Origin: Octopus vulgaris
Taxonomy: Eukaryota
Length of the DNA stretch: 64,000 nt
Direction: 5' to 3'
NCBI GenBank assembly: GCA_951406725.2
Contig: OX597814.1
Span: 79,608,001-79,672,000, forward strand
In this document: piece after piece, positions 13,751 through 26,552 of the stretch
How positions within the stretch are numbered: position 1 is the stretch's first letter
Layout: each line of letters begins with the position of its first letter
Made by a program: the position numbers and the translations under genes
The notes under the pieces: model-generated
What the model saw: only the letters and a program-made list of their open reading frames with translations
Database searches by the model: none
Told to the model about the DNA's origin: nothing

Positions 13751-14789
13751 TACCAAAAGTTTTGTTGTTGCTGATGTTAATCCAAATAATCATTAATCGA
13801 ACAGAACAATCTTTTGGGATTGATAAAATAAGTATGAATCTAGTCTAGTACTGGAGTCGATAAAAATCAGCCAAACACATCCTTCGCTTTGTGCTTGGAT
13901 TATTTCAGTTGAACGTGTACGATTGTTGTAGTCTCAATGTATGTGCGTATGTATGTGTGAGCGTATGTAAGTATATAATACAAATAAAATGAATGTGTGT
14001 GTGTGTGTGTGCGCGCGCTCGTGTCTAGGTGTGACTTTGATATTAATTTCTTTCTGTAGCCTTTCAGTAAAGAAGTTTCTGGTTGAACGTATTTTGTTTT
14101 ATTATTTCCAAAACAGCATACTGCCTTCAAATATAATATTGTGTTCATATATTTTATATGTATTTTGCCTTTTCCTTTTCTGTTTATTTCTCTTTTTTTT
14201 CCCCCCCGTATAATGATTTATATTAAGATATTTTCCCTATCTCTTTGATGTTTTACAATCTGCAAACTATCAACTGCGTTTTTTAAATTTTATTCAGAAA
14301 CCCCATTAGCACTGAGTTCCTGCTTTAACTTTATTCACATTTTCTTCTATTGCTCCAAGTTCATGCTCATTTTTAAATATCATTCCATACGTACAGATCA
14401 GCTGTATGCATACACTGACCCAGCGATTACTAACTGTCCTGACCATGGCTCTTGAACATTAGTAAAGACGGGATATAAATGGGCGATGCTTTTCGAACAA
14501 AAATCAGTCTCTCTCTGCTGCCTTCTCAATGTTAGCCGTCAAGACAATCGGGACTCATCTATATATTTTTATTTGAAATTTAGATACAGAAATTTTTTCT
14601 ACAACTATTCTTCTGAGATACTAAGCCTCTCAGTGTTCATTAGCGAAAAGACCTATAATTCTCTACCAGTTCCAAGATGTTCCAGTAGGATTAGAGCAGT
14701 GTTTCTCAAACTATATTTGTCCCCCCACCCAGTACTTCGAGTTTTCAAATTGATTTGCACCCTATCGTAAGCATAATGTGTGTGTGTTT

Positions 14790-15003
14790 GTCTTTGTGTG
14801 TATGTGTGTGTGTATTTGTTCCCCAGTGCCGTTTGTTGGTTTGTCTATGTTCCCGTAACTTAACAGTTTGGCAAAAGGGACCGATAAAATAAGTTGCAGG
14901 TTCTAAAAAATAAGGACTCATACAACTAAAAATTCTTCAAGGAGGTGCCCTAGCACGGCCACATTCTAATGACTGAAACAAGTAAAAGATAAAAGAAAGA
15001 AGA
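14790..15003 (+). mobile_element. SINE family A 3' half
   Basis: Tail GGAGGTGCCCTAGCACGGCCACATTCTAATGACTGAAACAAG. Confidence 0.7.
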
Positions 15004-15452
15004 TATATACACACACAAATACATACATACACAAACACACACATATATACACGTATACGTATACATATACATACACATGTATGTATGTATGTATGTATGT
15101 ATGTATGTATGTATGTATGTATGTATGTATGTACGTATGTAGGTGTATGTGTACGTATGTGTGTATGTAGGGAAAACGTAAAAGTGGAAACAGCACAAGA
15201 AGTATTTTTATATCAGTTACATTAAGTGACTTTTATAAATAGAAAAAAAAATATCGTTTCGATACGTATGTCCATTTTATCAAATACTAAAATTTCAAAG
15301 ATGAACACAAATACAAGCCTAAGGACATGTTTCTTAACTACGCGCAGAATATGAGAAGAAACCGTTTTAATTTCTCTTGCTTTTCTTATTTCATATTTTT
15401 TCTTCTTATTTCCTTGTATTTGAATTTTTAATTTCCTTGACATTGAAATTTT

Positions 15453-15495
15453 GATATTTGATAAGACGGACATAGAAATCGAAACCGGTAATATT
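15453..15495 (+). ncRNA. degenerate minimal hammerhead motif
   Basis: GATAT-TTGATAA-GA..TC-GAAAC-CG-GTA^ATATT; stem II is weak. Confidence 0.4.
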
Positions 15496-15654
15496 TATAA
15501 AAGTCACTTATTGTAACTAATATAAATATATTGAAGAAAAAAAATTTAAAAGAATCTTTAAACATTTTTCTGTGCTGTTTCCACTTTTAGTTTTTACCAA
15601 TAACCTTCGATTTGTGTGGATTCTTAATTTTTTTTTCAAATATATACATATATG

Positions 15655-15703
<49 letters not shown>

Positions 15704-16089
15704 GTGTATGTGTGTCTATGTGCATACTCCACTTTGATCTTAGGTATATATATATATATAAATTATAAAAACCACCTTTTATCAATTCAAAATGAACAAT
15801 TAAATTACACCATCTAGAAAATTACATATAAGAGAAATATTAAATATAAAATAACAATAATATACCGATAATTATATTATTGTTATTGTTATATAACCTT
15901 GTTCGAAGGTTATATGGATACAGTTTGTGTATCAAATAGCTAACTTAAGGCGATGGCCTCATGGAGCTAATAAGCGGACAGCTTTATTCTTATTTTTATA
16001 AGAATGCCATATTAGTATGGCGATAACTATTATTTTCCGGGAACGCTGCCGTGTTCTCTTTTAGAGAGACTTAGTAATTTTAATATTTC

Positions 16090-16135
16090 TATTATTGAAA
16101 ACAAGTGGATGTATTCCACCGAAACTAGGTAAATA
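16090..16135 (+). ncRNA. hammerhead-like motif (variant)
   Basis: TATT-A-TTGAAAA-CAA-GTGGA-TGTAT-TCCAC-C-GAAAC-TAG-GTA^AATA. Confidence 0.5.
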
Positions 16136-16184
16136 AAACCTTCGAACAGAGATTGTCAGAAGCGACACCTACTGGTCTGACTAC

Positions 16185-16226
16185 GCTACATTGAAAAGGG
16201 GCAATACCCCGAAACGCGTCTGTAGC
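16185..16226 (+). ncRNA. minimal type I hammerhead with palindromic stem III
   Basis: GCTACA-TTGAAAA-GGGG-CAATA-CCCC-GAAA-CGCG-TC^TGTAGC; the core is a variant of CUGANGA. Confidence 0.75.
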
Positions 16227-16643
16227 TGTCGGTCAAGTAGTGTGGAGCGACTGACCTCCCTTGTTCGAAGGTTATATGGATACAGTTTGTGTATCAAATA
16301 GCTAACTTAAGGCGATGGCCTCATGGAGCTAATAAGCGGACAGCTTTATTCTTATTTTTATAAGAATGCCATATTAGTATGGCGATAACTATTATTTTCC
16401 GGAAACGCTGCCGTGTTCTCTTTTAGAGAGACTTAGTAATTTTAATATTTCTATTATATTATTGTTATTTTATATTTAATATTTCTATTATATGTAATTT
16501 TCTAGATGGTGTAATTTAATTGTTCATTTTGAATTGATAAAAGGTGGTTTTTCTAATCTTTATATATACATTATATTTTGTGAAATTTGATTTAGTATTT
16601 CTAAATTGAATTTTTCCCTGTAAGTTAGGAATAATACTCCCTC

Positions 16644-16722
<79 letters not shown>

Positions 16723-16885
16723 TATGAGTTAATTTATAAAGCTCGCCCACCCTCAGATTTCACCCAGTGCTATCCAACAGTAGTATTATACCTACTGCCA
16801 GATTTGCCTTGGGACTTCTGTAGCGTGTGAATGGATAATTCAATAAATTGGTGTCAAAAAGGAGTACAGAGGAACAGTTTTTTGT

Positions 16886-16989
16886 AATCACTGCAATTGT
16901 TTCCACACAACTTAGTTCTCCGTGTTTGCAGGTATTTAGTTATGTAATCGTTCCCTGCATTATAAGATCTTGTGTTTCATCAGGTGATT
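16886..16989 (-). ncRNA. type I hammerhead with extended stem II (cleavage triplet GCA)
   Basis: Minus strand AATCAC-CTGATGA-AACACAA...TGCAGG/CCTGCA...TTGTGTG-GAAAC-AATT-GCA-GTGATT; perfect 6-bp stem I. Confidence 0.75.
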
Positions 16990-17454
16990 TATGAATATTG
17001 TTTCTGTGTTCCGTAAACTCAAATTTTCGGCTTCAACCGCATCCTTTCTGTCTGTCGTGGGCAGTATATCAAAATATGTGTTGTGGTTGAAAGTCTGTTG
17101 ATGGCTCAATTTTAAATGCATAGATGGAATAGAAGGGTGGCTATGCTATGGATAATAAGTTTTGAGGTTCATACTCAAGTTATTGCCAGTTTATTTCTTT
17201 GTGCTGTTAATTCATTCTTCATGGTCGGTTACTCTTACAATTGCCACTGGCTGACCTTCAAGAATTCACCGGCCATTCACTTGACGAACTTACATGTACG
17301 TATACATCATTCTATATAGATCTACCTATATGCAAAGCCATATATATACACATACATGCTTTCATCTATACATATACGTATACGTACTTGAATATACGCC
17401 TCTACGGCATTACACACATATGCTCATGTGTATCACTCAACAGACAGGCAGAAA

Positions 17455-17985
17455 GGATGCGGTCAAAACCCGTCAAAGGGCGGAGGAACTCTTGAAAGTC
17501 AACGGCCAGCCAATATGTGTGTAATTATGTATTTACTGTAAATAAATTTTTCTCACTAATTTTATATATTGCATATTTTTTATAGTTTGCTTATTATACA
17601 TATTTGATGTATTTCATATCGTATATTTTATGTATATATTGTATATCAATATTTTTTATATATCGTGCGTGTTTTTTTTCTTCTTATATCTATTTTATCC
17701 ACCTTATGGCTGTACCTTGCGCAGGAACATAGAAATAATCAGACTGAATACCCGATCGCGCGGTTAAACCAGTGGGAGTGAAGGACCCCTAACCCTTGTT
17801 AGGGCACCCTCAGATAACTGGGATAACTCCGACATAAAATCTACTGCTCAGTGATTACCGATGATGTTGACTTGTTCTTCTTTTCGGGTTATGGCTGCTG
17901 TTGCTTAGTGAGTGGGAATGACTCAGTGTACAGCCTCTCCTCACTTTAAAAAGATCTTCTTGCATAGGCACTGCACGATAACAAC

Positions 17986-17990
<5 letters not shown>
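17455..17990 (+). mobile_element. non-autonomous RTE-related repeat, interrupted by an AT-rich insert at ~17520-17700
   Basis: Homologous to the reverse complement of 61140-61670 (e.g. GGAACTCTTGAAAGTCAACGGCCA, CATAGAAATAATCAGACTGAATACCCG). Confidence 0.7.
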
Positions 17991-18016
<26 letters not shown>

Positions 18017-18099
18017 AATTAATTAACTAATTGATGATTGTTGATAGTGCTGTGTGTCTCAACTGAATGGTTGGCTGTAACCTTAAAAAGCAAACAATC

Positions 18100-21000
18100 A
18101 ATGATGTACCAAAACAGTATAAAAACAAATGGCAGTAAGGACTCTGGAACTACATCAGATGAAAGAGTCTGGCCCGGCAGGGGCTCCAGAGCACCACAGT
18201 CTGAACCCGGCCGTCATCGTGCTATTGTGATAGAACCAAATAAAATATTGAATATTTGCTGTACGGACACCGCTTGACCGCGAGTCCTCAGAATGTCTTG
18301 AACGAAGGACTGCTCTTGTTGCGAAGGAGCTTCGACGCTATGATCTTGACATCGTTGCTTTATCTGGGATGAGATTATCTGAAGATGGTCATATTACAGA
18401 ATCTTGTGGAAAATATATATTCTTTTGAGAAAGGGAAAGATGAAGAGTTTAGAGGAGAGGTTGGAGTGGCATTTGCCTGTTAAGACTACTATTGTGGACA
18501 AGTTGGAAGAATTCCCAGTCGGGATTAACGAGCGTCTAATGTCCATGAGAATTCCTTTGGTTAAAGGAAATTATGTGACCTTGGTGAGTGTGTGTGCTCC
18601 AACTATGTGCTCTACTGATGACGAAAAAGTTTCTTTCTACCATGCTTTGAAGAGTATTATAAGAAATATTCCTCGAGCAGACAAAATCATCGTACATGGG
18701 GACTTTAATGCTAGAGTGGGAAGGGACACATGTACTGTAGATGGAAAGCATGGGGTGGGAAAGTATAATAGTAATGGTATGCTTCTGCTGCAGATGTGCG
18801 AGAAGCTGCGTCTGTGTTACCAATACCATGTTTCAGTAAAAGAATAAGTTTAAGACCACATGGATGCACCCTGCATCTAAGGAATGGCATATTCTGAATT
18901 ACATCCTTGTTAGAGTACGTGACAGATGAGATGTGCAGTGTGTTCACGTTCTTCGTGGGGCTGAGTGTTGAACTGACCACCGCCTGGTACGTGCAAAAGT
19001 GAAATTAATCTCAAAATGTAAATTCCAGGCTGCAGGTACTACCCTGCCAAAAAGACTGAATGTTGATCGTCTTAGGTGTAATAGTGTGAAGAGAACTTTA
19101 CGAGAGGAAATGAATGTTGCAGATATTGGGGAGGATTGGCCGACCCTTAAAAAGCCACTTTATGATATAGGCAGGAAAGTTCTGGGATTGATACAAAAAA
19201 GCTTCAAGATTAGCTTAAAGAAAATGATGAAGATATAGATGATTTATTGGCTGATAAAAGACGTACTTTGTCATGCTATTTGTCAGCAAAGTCACAGGAG
19301 AGATTGTGTTACATAGGGAACTGAAGGATGTGAAATCACGTGTGAAGCGGAGGTTCTCTCAGATAAGGGATACGTGATGGAGTAAGAAGGATGATGAGAT
19401 ACAGGCGGCGTCTGATTCCAATACCACAAAGCTGTTGTATAGTCTCTTGCGAGAAGTTTATTGACCGTCTTCTCTGATGACACCACTTCGAAGCAGGGAT
19501 GGTGAAGAGCTTCTTCGTGATTCACAAGGAATTCTGCGAAGGTGGCGAGAACACTTTGATGTGAACTTTTGAATCAGCAGTCTGTAGTTAGTGAAAATGT
19601 TCTCAATCTCATCCCTGAATTATGTGTGAAGGCGGCTCTCGCGGAACCACCAATGTTGAAGAAGTTGCTGTGGCTGTCTCAAGGATGAATAACGGGAGGT
19701 TTCCGGGTATGGATGGCATACATGCGGAGTTGTTACAGCATGGAGGTAAGAAACTTCTGCAGCAACTTCACTCCTTCTTTGACAGGATATGGGCTAGTGA
19801 ATCTGTACCCGAAGACTGTAGAGATACAGTGATGGTTGTCTTATATAAAGAAAAGGGCAACAGGAGTGATTGTGGTAACTATAGGAAAATATCATTGCTT
19901 TCTGTCGTAGGAAAGGTGTTATGTAGGGTTTTTCTGGATCGTCTGCTGAAACACATTGCAGATTGTGTTCTTCCAGAAAGTCAATCTGGCTTTCGTGTGG
20001 GACGCGGCACTGCTGGTGTGATCTTTTGAGCTAGACAGCTTCAGGAGAAATGTGTGGAACAGGGTCTGGATTTATATCAGGTTTTTGTCGATTTGACAAA
20101 CTCCTTTGATACCGTTAATAGAAATGCACGGTGGAAAATCCTCCAGAAACTTGGTTGTTCTGAAAAGTTCCTTGCTTTGGTTAGATCTTTTCATGAAGAT
20201 ATGAATGGTAGGGTGAATGTTAGAGGGAAGATGTCAATACAAAATGGATTGAAACAGGGGGATATTCTTGCACCGATCCTATTTGCCATATATTTTGCGA
20301 TGTTTTTTTTTTTGTATTGCGTTCAGAAATTGGAGGTATGATGTTTACATCCATTATCGAACCTCTGGCAGCATATTTAATATCAGGCGCTTTGCTGCAA
20401 AAACAAAGGTATTTACCTCTTTCATAAGAGACCCTTTCTATGGCAATGATTGTGGTCTAGTAGCGCACACAGAGACTGATATGCAACACATTTTGAATGC
20501 TTTCTCTGATGCTTGCACTGCCTTAGGATTGACACTCAATTTCGAGAAAACTGTAGTCATGTACCAACCTGCCCCTGATAAGCAGTCTAGTGAACTAAAT
20601 ATTTATATGTATAGTAAACGACTTGGTGTAGTTGATCAGTTTGTCTACCTGGGAAGCATTGTTAATAGATATAACAATTTGGATAATGAAATTTCATACA
20701 AAATTAGTAAAGCAAGTGATATTTTCAGAAGGCTAGAAAGGCGCCTCTGAAATCGGCGAGACATGTGCAGGAAGACAAAGATAATGGTGTACAAAGCATG
20801 TGTGCTCTCTTCTTTTCTTTATGCCTGCGAAACCAAGGTCATATATCGGTACCACCTTAAACAACTGGGACGTTTCCATCAGATGTGTCTTAGATGGATC
20901 TATGGCATTAAGTGGGAGGACCGCATCAGTGATCTTGAGATATTAGAAAGCTCTAAGTGTGAAAGTATAGAAGCTCTTGTGTTGAAGCGAAAGCTCAGAC

Positions 21001-21270
21001 AGAGTGGTCATTTGATCAGGATGCAAGATTCAAGGAAGCCCTCCACATAAACCAAGAAAGAGGTATAAATACTTGCTGAAGGCTTCCTTGAGAGATACTA
21101 GCATGAGAGGGTATAACTATTGACTGTAGCAGGTGGAGAAGGATTTGTGGATGAAGAGACAGCTACTTTTGAGAAATCTCGAGTTGCGCATGAGAAAGTA
21201 AGGAGGGTTATCAGCAAGGGCATCGCTGTTGCACTTCCAGACGGTAAGGGTCTTCCTATGACGGTGACAT
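18100..21270 (+). mobile_element. decayed near-full-length RTE (BovB-like) LINE, APE endonuclease plus RT pseudogene
   Basis: [76 protein letters not shown] and YKACVLSSFLYACET, spread over many frameshifts and stops. Confidence 0.92.
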
Positions 21271-21284
21271 GCAGTGTCTCTGCA

Positions 21285-21595
21285 CTAGCTTAGTGGTCAG
21301 GGTATTCGGCTCACGATCGTCAGGTCGTGAGTTCGATTCCCAGCTGCACATTGTGTCCTTGAGCAAGACACTTTATTTCATATTACTCCAGTTCACTCAG
21401 CTAGGAAAATCGAGTAGTACCTGTAATTCAAAAGGCCAACCTTGTCACATTCTGTGTCACGCTGAATCTCCCTCAGAATGTTAAGGGTACACGTGTCTGT
21501 GGAGTGCTCAGCCACTTGCACGTTAATTTCGCCAGCGGGCTGCTCTGTTGATGGAATCAACTGGAGCACCCAAGTTGGTAACCGACAGAGAGTCA
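21285..21595 (+). mobile_element. SINE family B
   Basis: TAGCTTAGTGGTCAGGGTATTCGGCTCACGATCG...GAGTTCGATTCCC head and (GTAT)n tail. Confidence 0.85.
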
Positions 21596-22490
21596 GTTAT
21601 GTATGTATGTATGTATGTATGTATGTATGTATGTATGTATGTATGTATGTATGTATGTATTCATATATGTGTGTGTGTGCGTGCATGTGTGTGTATGTAT
21701 GTATGTATGTATGTATATATGTATGTATGTGTGTGTGCACGCGCGCATGTATGTATGCATGAATGTATGTATATGTGTGTACGCGCACGCACACACATAT
21801 TCAAGAGAATTTTCCAATAAAACTTTTACTGACGCCTCGTTCATATGTAACTCACTCTCCATCACATTTTCACGTTTGACTTTGACAAAGGTTGCGCTAG
21901 GCTGTACTTCGCCAATGAGATCTAAATAACGCTAACTCATATCCAAGGAAGTCACTGTGCAACTGCTTAGCATATTCACTCAGATGCTACATTCTATCAT
22001 TCATTGATTTTAATGAATTCCAGATTTGTCGTCCCCTTGCCTTTTTGACCAGAATTAGTTATTAAGCGAGTGTTGTTCTTGGCATTAAGATTGTAATCTT
22101 GATTAACTAAAATTTATTGGTTTGCAACATCAAATACGTTAGCGTCCGCTTTGCTATTAAATATTTGACTATAAATTAAGTATCTTTCATTCAACGTTGT
22201 GTTCGAATCCTGTCAAAATTGTAGTATTGATTTTATTTATTTGCTTATTTATTTATTTATCGATTCATTTATTTATTTAGTTCACATTCTTTAAGAGACA
22301 TTTTTCTTAGTATAGAGCAACATCCGCCAACTCATTGTGATGCAAGAACGAATAAATAACTAACCATACGGTTGGTCGTATATAAATAATTCCATAATGA
22401 CGCCATTTTCTTCCTTGACAGATGATGCAGTCATGTGGCTTAGAAGCAAACATCAAGATTTCATAAACGGCTGATTATCTGAAAAGCATC

Positions 22491-22492
<2 letters not shown>

Positions 22493-22536
<44 letters not shown>

Positions 22537-22553
22537 ACAAAGAGAGAGAGAGA

Positions 22554-22590
<37 letters not shown>

Positions 22591-22709
22591 CGAGATATAG
22601 ATAGATAGATTGATATATGTGTGTGTGTGGTGTATGTGTATATATAATATATATGCATATATGTCTGCGCGTATCTATCTATCTATCTATCTATCTATAT
22701 ATATCTATA

Positions 22710-22798
<89 letters not shown>

Positions 22799-22852
22799 TA
22801 TATATATACATATATATGGAGAGAGAGAGAATGAGAAAGAAAGAGTGATATA

Positions 22853-22911
<59 letters not shown>

Positions 22912-23100
22912 GTATGTGTGTGAATAATATATATGTATATATGTATGCGCGTATATATCTATCTGTCTATATGTATATCTATCTGTCTGTCTGTGTGTCT
23001 ATCTCTCTCTCTCTCTCCCTATATGTATATATATAAGGGGAACGAGCGGAGGAGAGAGAGAGAGAAAGTGAGAAAGAGAGAGAGAGAGAGGAGAGAGGGA
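22493..23100. repeat. compound (TA)/(GA)/(TATC)/(TG) microsatellite block
   Basis: Direct reading. Confidence 0.95.
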
Positions 23101-23559
23101 GAATAAAGAAGGTGAGAAAGATGGCGAGGTGGTGATTGCAGAGAGATACGCCCCACCAGTTGGGAAACAAATGGATCCTGTCAAATAGCGATGTTGTATA
23201 GTGATGAGGCGCTACAGATATTCTGATTATTTCGATTACTTATCGCTCTTTGATAGGAGAACGTTGTCAAACTCGCTGATCACTCAGCTGATTTTTCATT
23301 GCTTATTGAAAGAGTGGTCAAATTATTGACCAGTCAACAGACTGATAGTTTTAGTGTGTGCAATGAGACAAAAATGCTTGTCGGTTGGATAAGTTTATTA
23401 ATCAGAAAACATCGACAGCTGGAGAGACGGTGATGGAGAAGGAGATTAGCAGAGGTGGAAAAAAAACATCTTTCATGTATCTGTTGAGTCGACTCGTTTT
23501 TATGGCATATTGGAACGAAAAAAAAGGAAACAAAACCAGGGGGCGGTGTCGAGGGTAGA

Positions 23560-24030
23560 AAGGAGACTGGGTGAAGAAGAATGATGGCGAAGATGATAAT
23601 GATGATGTAGAGGAAGGAGAGTGGAAGGAATGTAAAGGAGGAAGGGGCAGAAGGAGGACGAGCAATATGAAGTTGTTGATGATGATGATGACCATGATGA
23701 TGATGATGATATCGACGACGATGATGTTGAAGAAGACCAAAAACTATAACAACAACATGATGATGATGAAGATGATGTTGACGATGATGATGGTAATGAA
23801 GGAACAGCATCAACAAAAATAACCCGGTGATGAACATGATGATGGTGTTGGTGGTGGTGATGATGAACTTGATAATGATGACGACAACGACGACGATGAC
23901 AGCGACAACGGCGACGACGGCAAATACGACGACCAAATTGAAGATGATGACGATCAGGAGGAGGAGGAGGAGATAAAGGTAGAAGAGGGGGTAGAAGCAA
24001 AAGTGGAAGAAAAAAGATAATATTGATGAT
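23560..24030. repeat. degenerate (GAT)/(GAC)/(GGA) low-complexity tract
   Basis: Direct reading. Confidence 0.85.
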
Positions 24031-24481
24031 TGTCAAGAAACTACTCTAATCAGTTGGATCGGTTTTAATGGATAGTTTGCCTGAGAAACATAACCAGCTG
24101 AAAATGCTTATTTAGATTTTCTTGTAACAGTTTATTCTTGTTAGATTATTAGTATGACACTATCTTGTACAAAAGGTGCTCAGCCAGAAAATATCCTTCA
24201 TACCATATCGATTCATGCTTATTTTTTGTTTTCTGGGTGGAGGGAGATTACTGCAGAGCATCAGCAGGTCTTTACTTATTGGCTTACAAACACACAAATG
24301 CATACATACATACATACATACATACATACATACATACATACATACATACATACTTACATACATACATACATACGTACATGCATGTTGCACACATATGAGT
24401 GTGTATGTACGTATGTATGTATCGAACTATGTATATGTGTGTGTGTGTGTGTGTGTATAATTATATATATATATAATACTT

Positions 24482-24509
<28 letters not shown>

Positions 24510-24512
<3 letters not shown>

Positions 24513-24805
24513 AAATATTAGGGAATAAATCCAAATTTACAGGGAAAAAATCAGATTTAGGATTAAATCCAATTTTATAGTAAAATATTATATAATATTA
24601 ATTAGAGACAAAACCACTATTTTGCAAAACAAACAAGGAAAGACTTAATCACAGTTTCAAAACTGATTTGAAAATAAAAATCCACCTGAAGATTGTCGTT
24701 CAAGACATGAAACAATTGTAGTGGCGGTTTTTTTAACTTTTTATTAAAATTGTATGTATTAAGTCTTTCCTTGTTTGTTTTTCAAAATAGTGGTTTTGTC
24801 TCTAA

Positions 24806-24812
<7 letters not shown>
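24510..24812 (+). mobile_element. mini fold-back element with a hammerhead in its loop
   Basis: Arms 24596-24649 / 24758-24812; tail 24510-24595 is homologous to the reverse complement of 16569-16650; (TA)n on both sides. Confidence 0.8.
24682..24724 (+). ncRNA. minimal type I hammerhead ribozyme with canonical core
   Basis: CCAC-CTGAAGA-T-TGTC-GTTCAA-GACA-T-GAAAC-AATT-GTA^GTGG. Confidence 0.85.
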
Positions 24813-24861
<49 letters not shown>

Positions 24862-24885
24862 ATTATATATATATAATACTTTATA

Positions 24886-24982
<97 letters not shown>

Positions 24983-25119
24983 AGATTAATCAGCCGAAAT
25001 TGCGAAGATGATCTGGTTCTTGACTGATGACTGAGGGCTTCGAAAGTCCCGTCCGTGTTTTTTGTGTCGTCTTCTAAATGTTTCACGTTCTTGTCCCAGT
25101 TTGTGTATTTTTTTACTTT

Positions 25120-25187
<68 letters not shown>

Positions 25188-25191
<4 letters not shown>

Positions 25192-25341
25192 CAGGTACTA
25201 CTCGTTTTTGCCAGCTGAGTGAACTGGAGTAATATGAAATAAAGTGTCTTGCTCAAGGACACAACGTGCAGCTGGGAATCGTACTCACGACCTGACGATC
25301 GTGAGCCGAATACCCTGACCACTTAGCCACGCGCCTTCACA
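25188..25341 (-). mobile_element. SINE family B 5' half
   Basis: Near-identical reverse complement of 21285-21430. Confidence 0.85.
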
Positions 25342-25426
25342 CATAAGAGCATATATACATACATACATGCATTCATACATGCATGCATACATACACACAC
25401 ACATGCATACATGCATATGCACACAT

Positions 25427-25459
<33 letters not shown>

Positions 25460-26111
25460 TATATACATACATACATGCATACATGGTGGCTGCATCATAG
25501 GGCTACGAAGTCCGTAGGTAAGAGAGTGGATCAGTTCTGGTCTAGGGAGCAAACAAAATTTTTACAGGTAATTCCAATATAAAGGTGGAACCAAGATGTT
25601 TGAAAAATTATGAAGAGATATCAAAAAAATGATCATACAAGGAAACTTACTAATTTGACTTTCAAAGGGCATTACCTATGCTAATGAAAAAGTCAAGTTA
25701 AAATGCATCCAAAACATTATCCCATTTGTTGTCCACAATGGGACAGGTTAAGTCCAGCGATCTCTATAATTAATAAATTATATTTGAACAGAGGGCATAA
25801 GAAAAAAACCGTTCCAATGGATATGTAAATAAAGATAAAATAAATAAGAAAATAAGTAAACGATACGGAGGAGAAGACAATAAAATAAGTGGTGTTGGGC
25901 TGCTTAAGTCTTTCTGCAGCTTATCGATATGATGCACATGAGAAAAATGGTCAAATGGGCATTATACTAGACGTATAGGCAACAAGTACGGGTATTACAG
26001 GGAATCTATAAAAAAAAATTCTAAAAAATAATATTGGACGAAGCACCGTGCCCTAATTGAAATGTCCTATGAAAATGAAGAATTTTGTTAAGACGGGGGC
26101 GTGAAAATTGA

Positions 26112-26408
26112 AGATTCCTGTTGACTTGATCAACGGTACAGCCTGCTCGTGAAATTAACGTGCAAGTGGCCGAGCACTCCACAGACATGTGTACCCATAA
26201 CGTAGTTCTCAGGGAGATTCAGCATGACACAGAGTGTGACAAGGCTGGCCCTTTGAAATACAGATACAACTCATCTTTGTCAGCTGAGTGGACTGGAGCA
26301 ACATGAAATAAAGTGCCTTGCGCAAGAACACAACCCGCCGCTGGGAATCGAATTCGTGATCTTACGATCGTGAGTGAATGGCCCAAAACACTAAGCTACG
26401 CGCCTTCT
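26112..26408 (-). mobile_element. SINE family B
   Basis: Homology to 21285-21595. Confidence 0.8.
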
Positions 26409-26552
26409 CAAATTGAAGATTATTAGCAACTATTTCTAGCAGGTGAAACGCGCGTATATATGTATATATTAAACACTTACATGAAAATATGAATAGGCAA
26501 ACCCACACATATACGCATACATGTATATATGGCATCTTGTGCAAGTGGCATC

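Larger units (their letters stand above)
15757..16650 (+). mobile_element. non-coding fold-back element with a 362-nt tandem unit and hammerheads (retrozyme/pLTR-like)
   Basis: Inverted arms 15757-15864 / 16455-16568; near-identical 198-bp direct repeats 15897-16094 / 16259-16456; tail 16569-16650; flanked by (TA)n. Confidence 0.8.

Noticed and set aside
18614-19500. CTGATGA words inside the RTE (similar words at 1616, 27752, 36577, 46879)
   Set aside because: No correctly spaced GAAA or stems; chance matches
23334-24036. His/Ser/Asp-rich ORFs
   Set aside because: Degenerate (GAT)n low-complexity DNA
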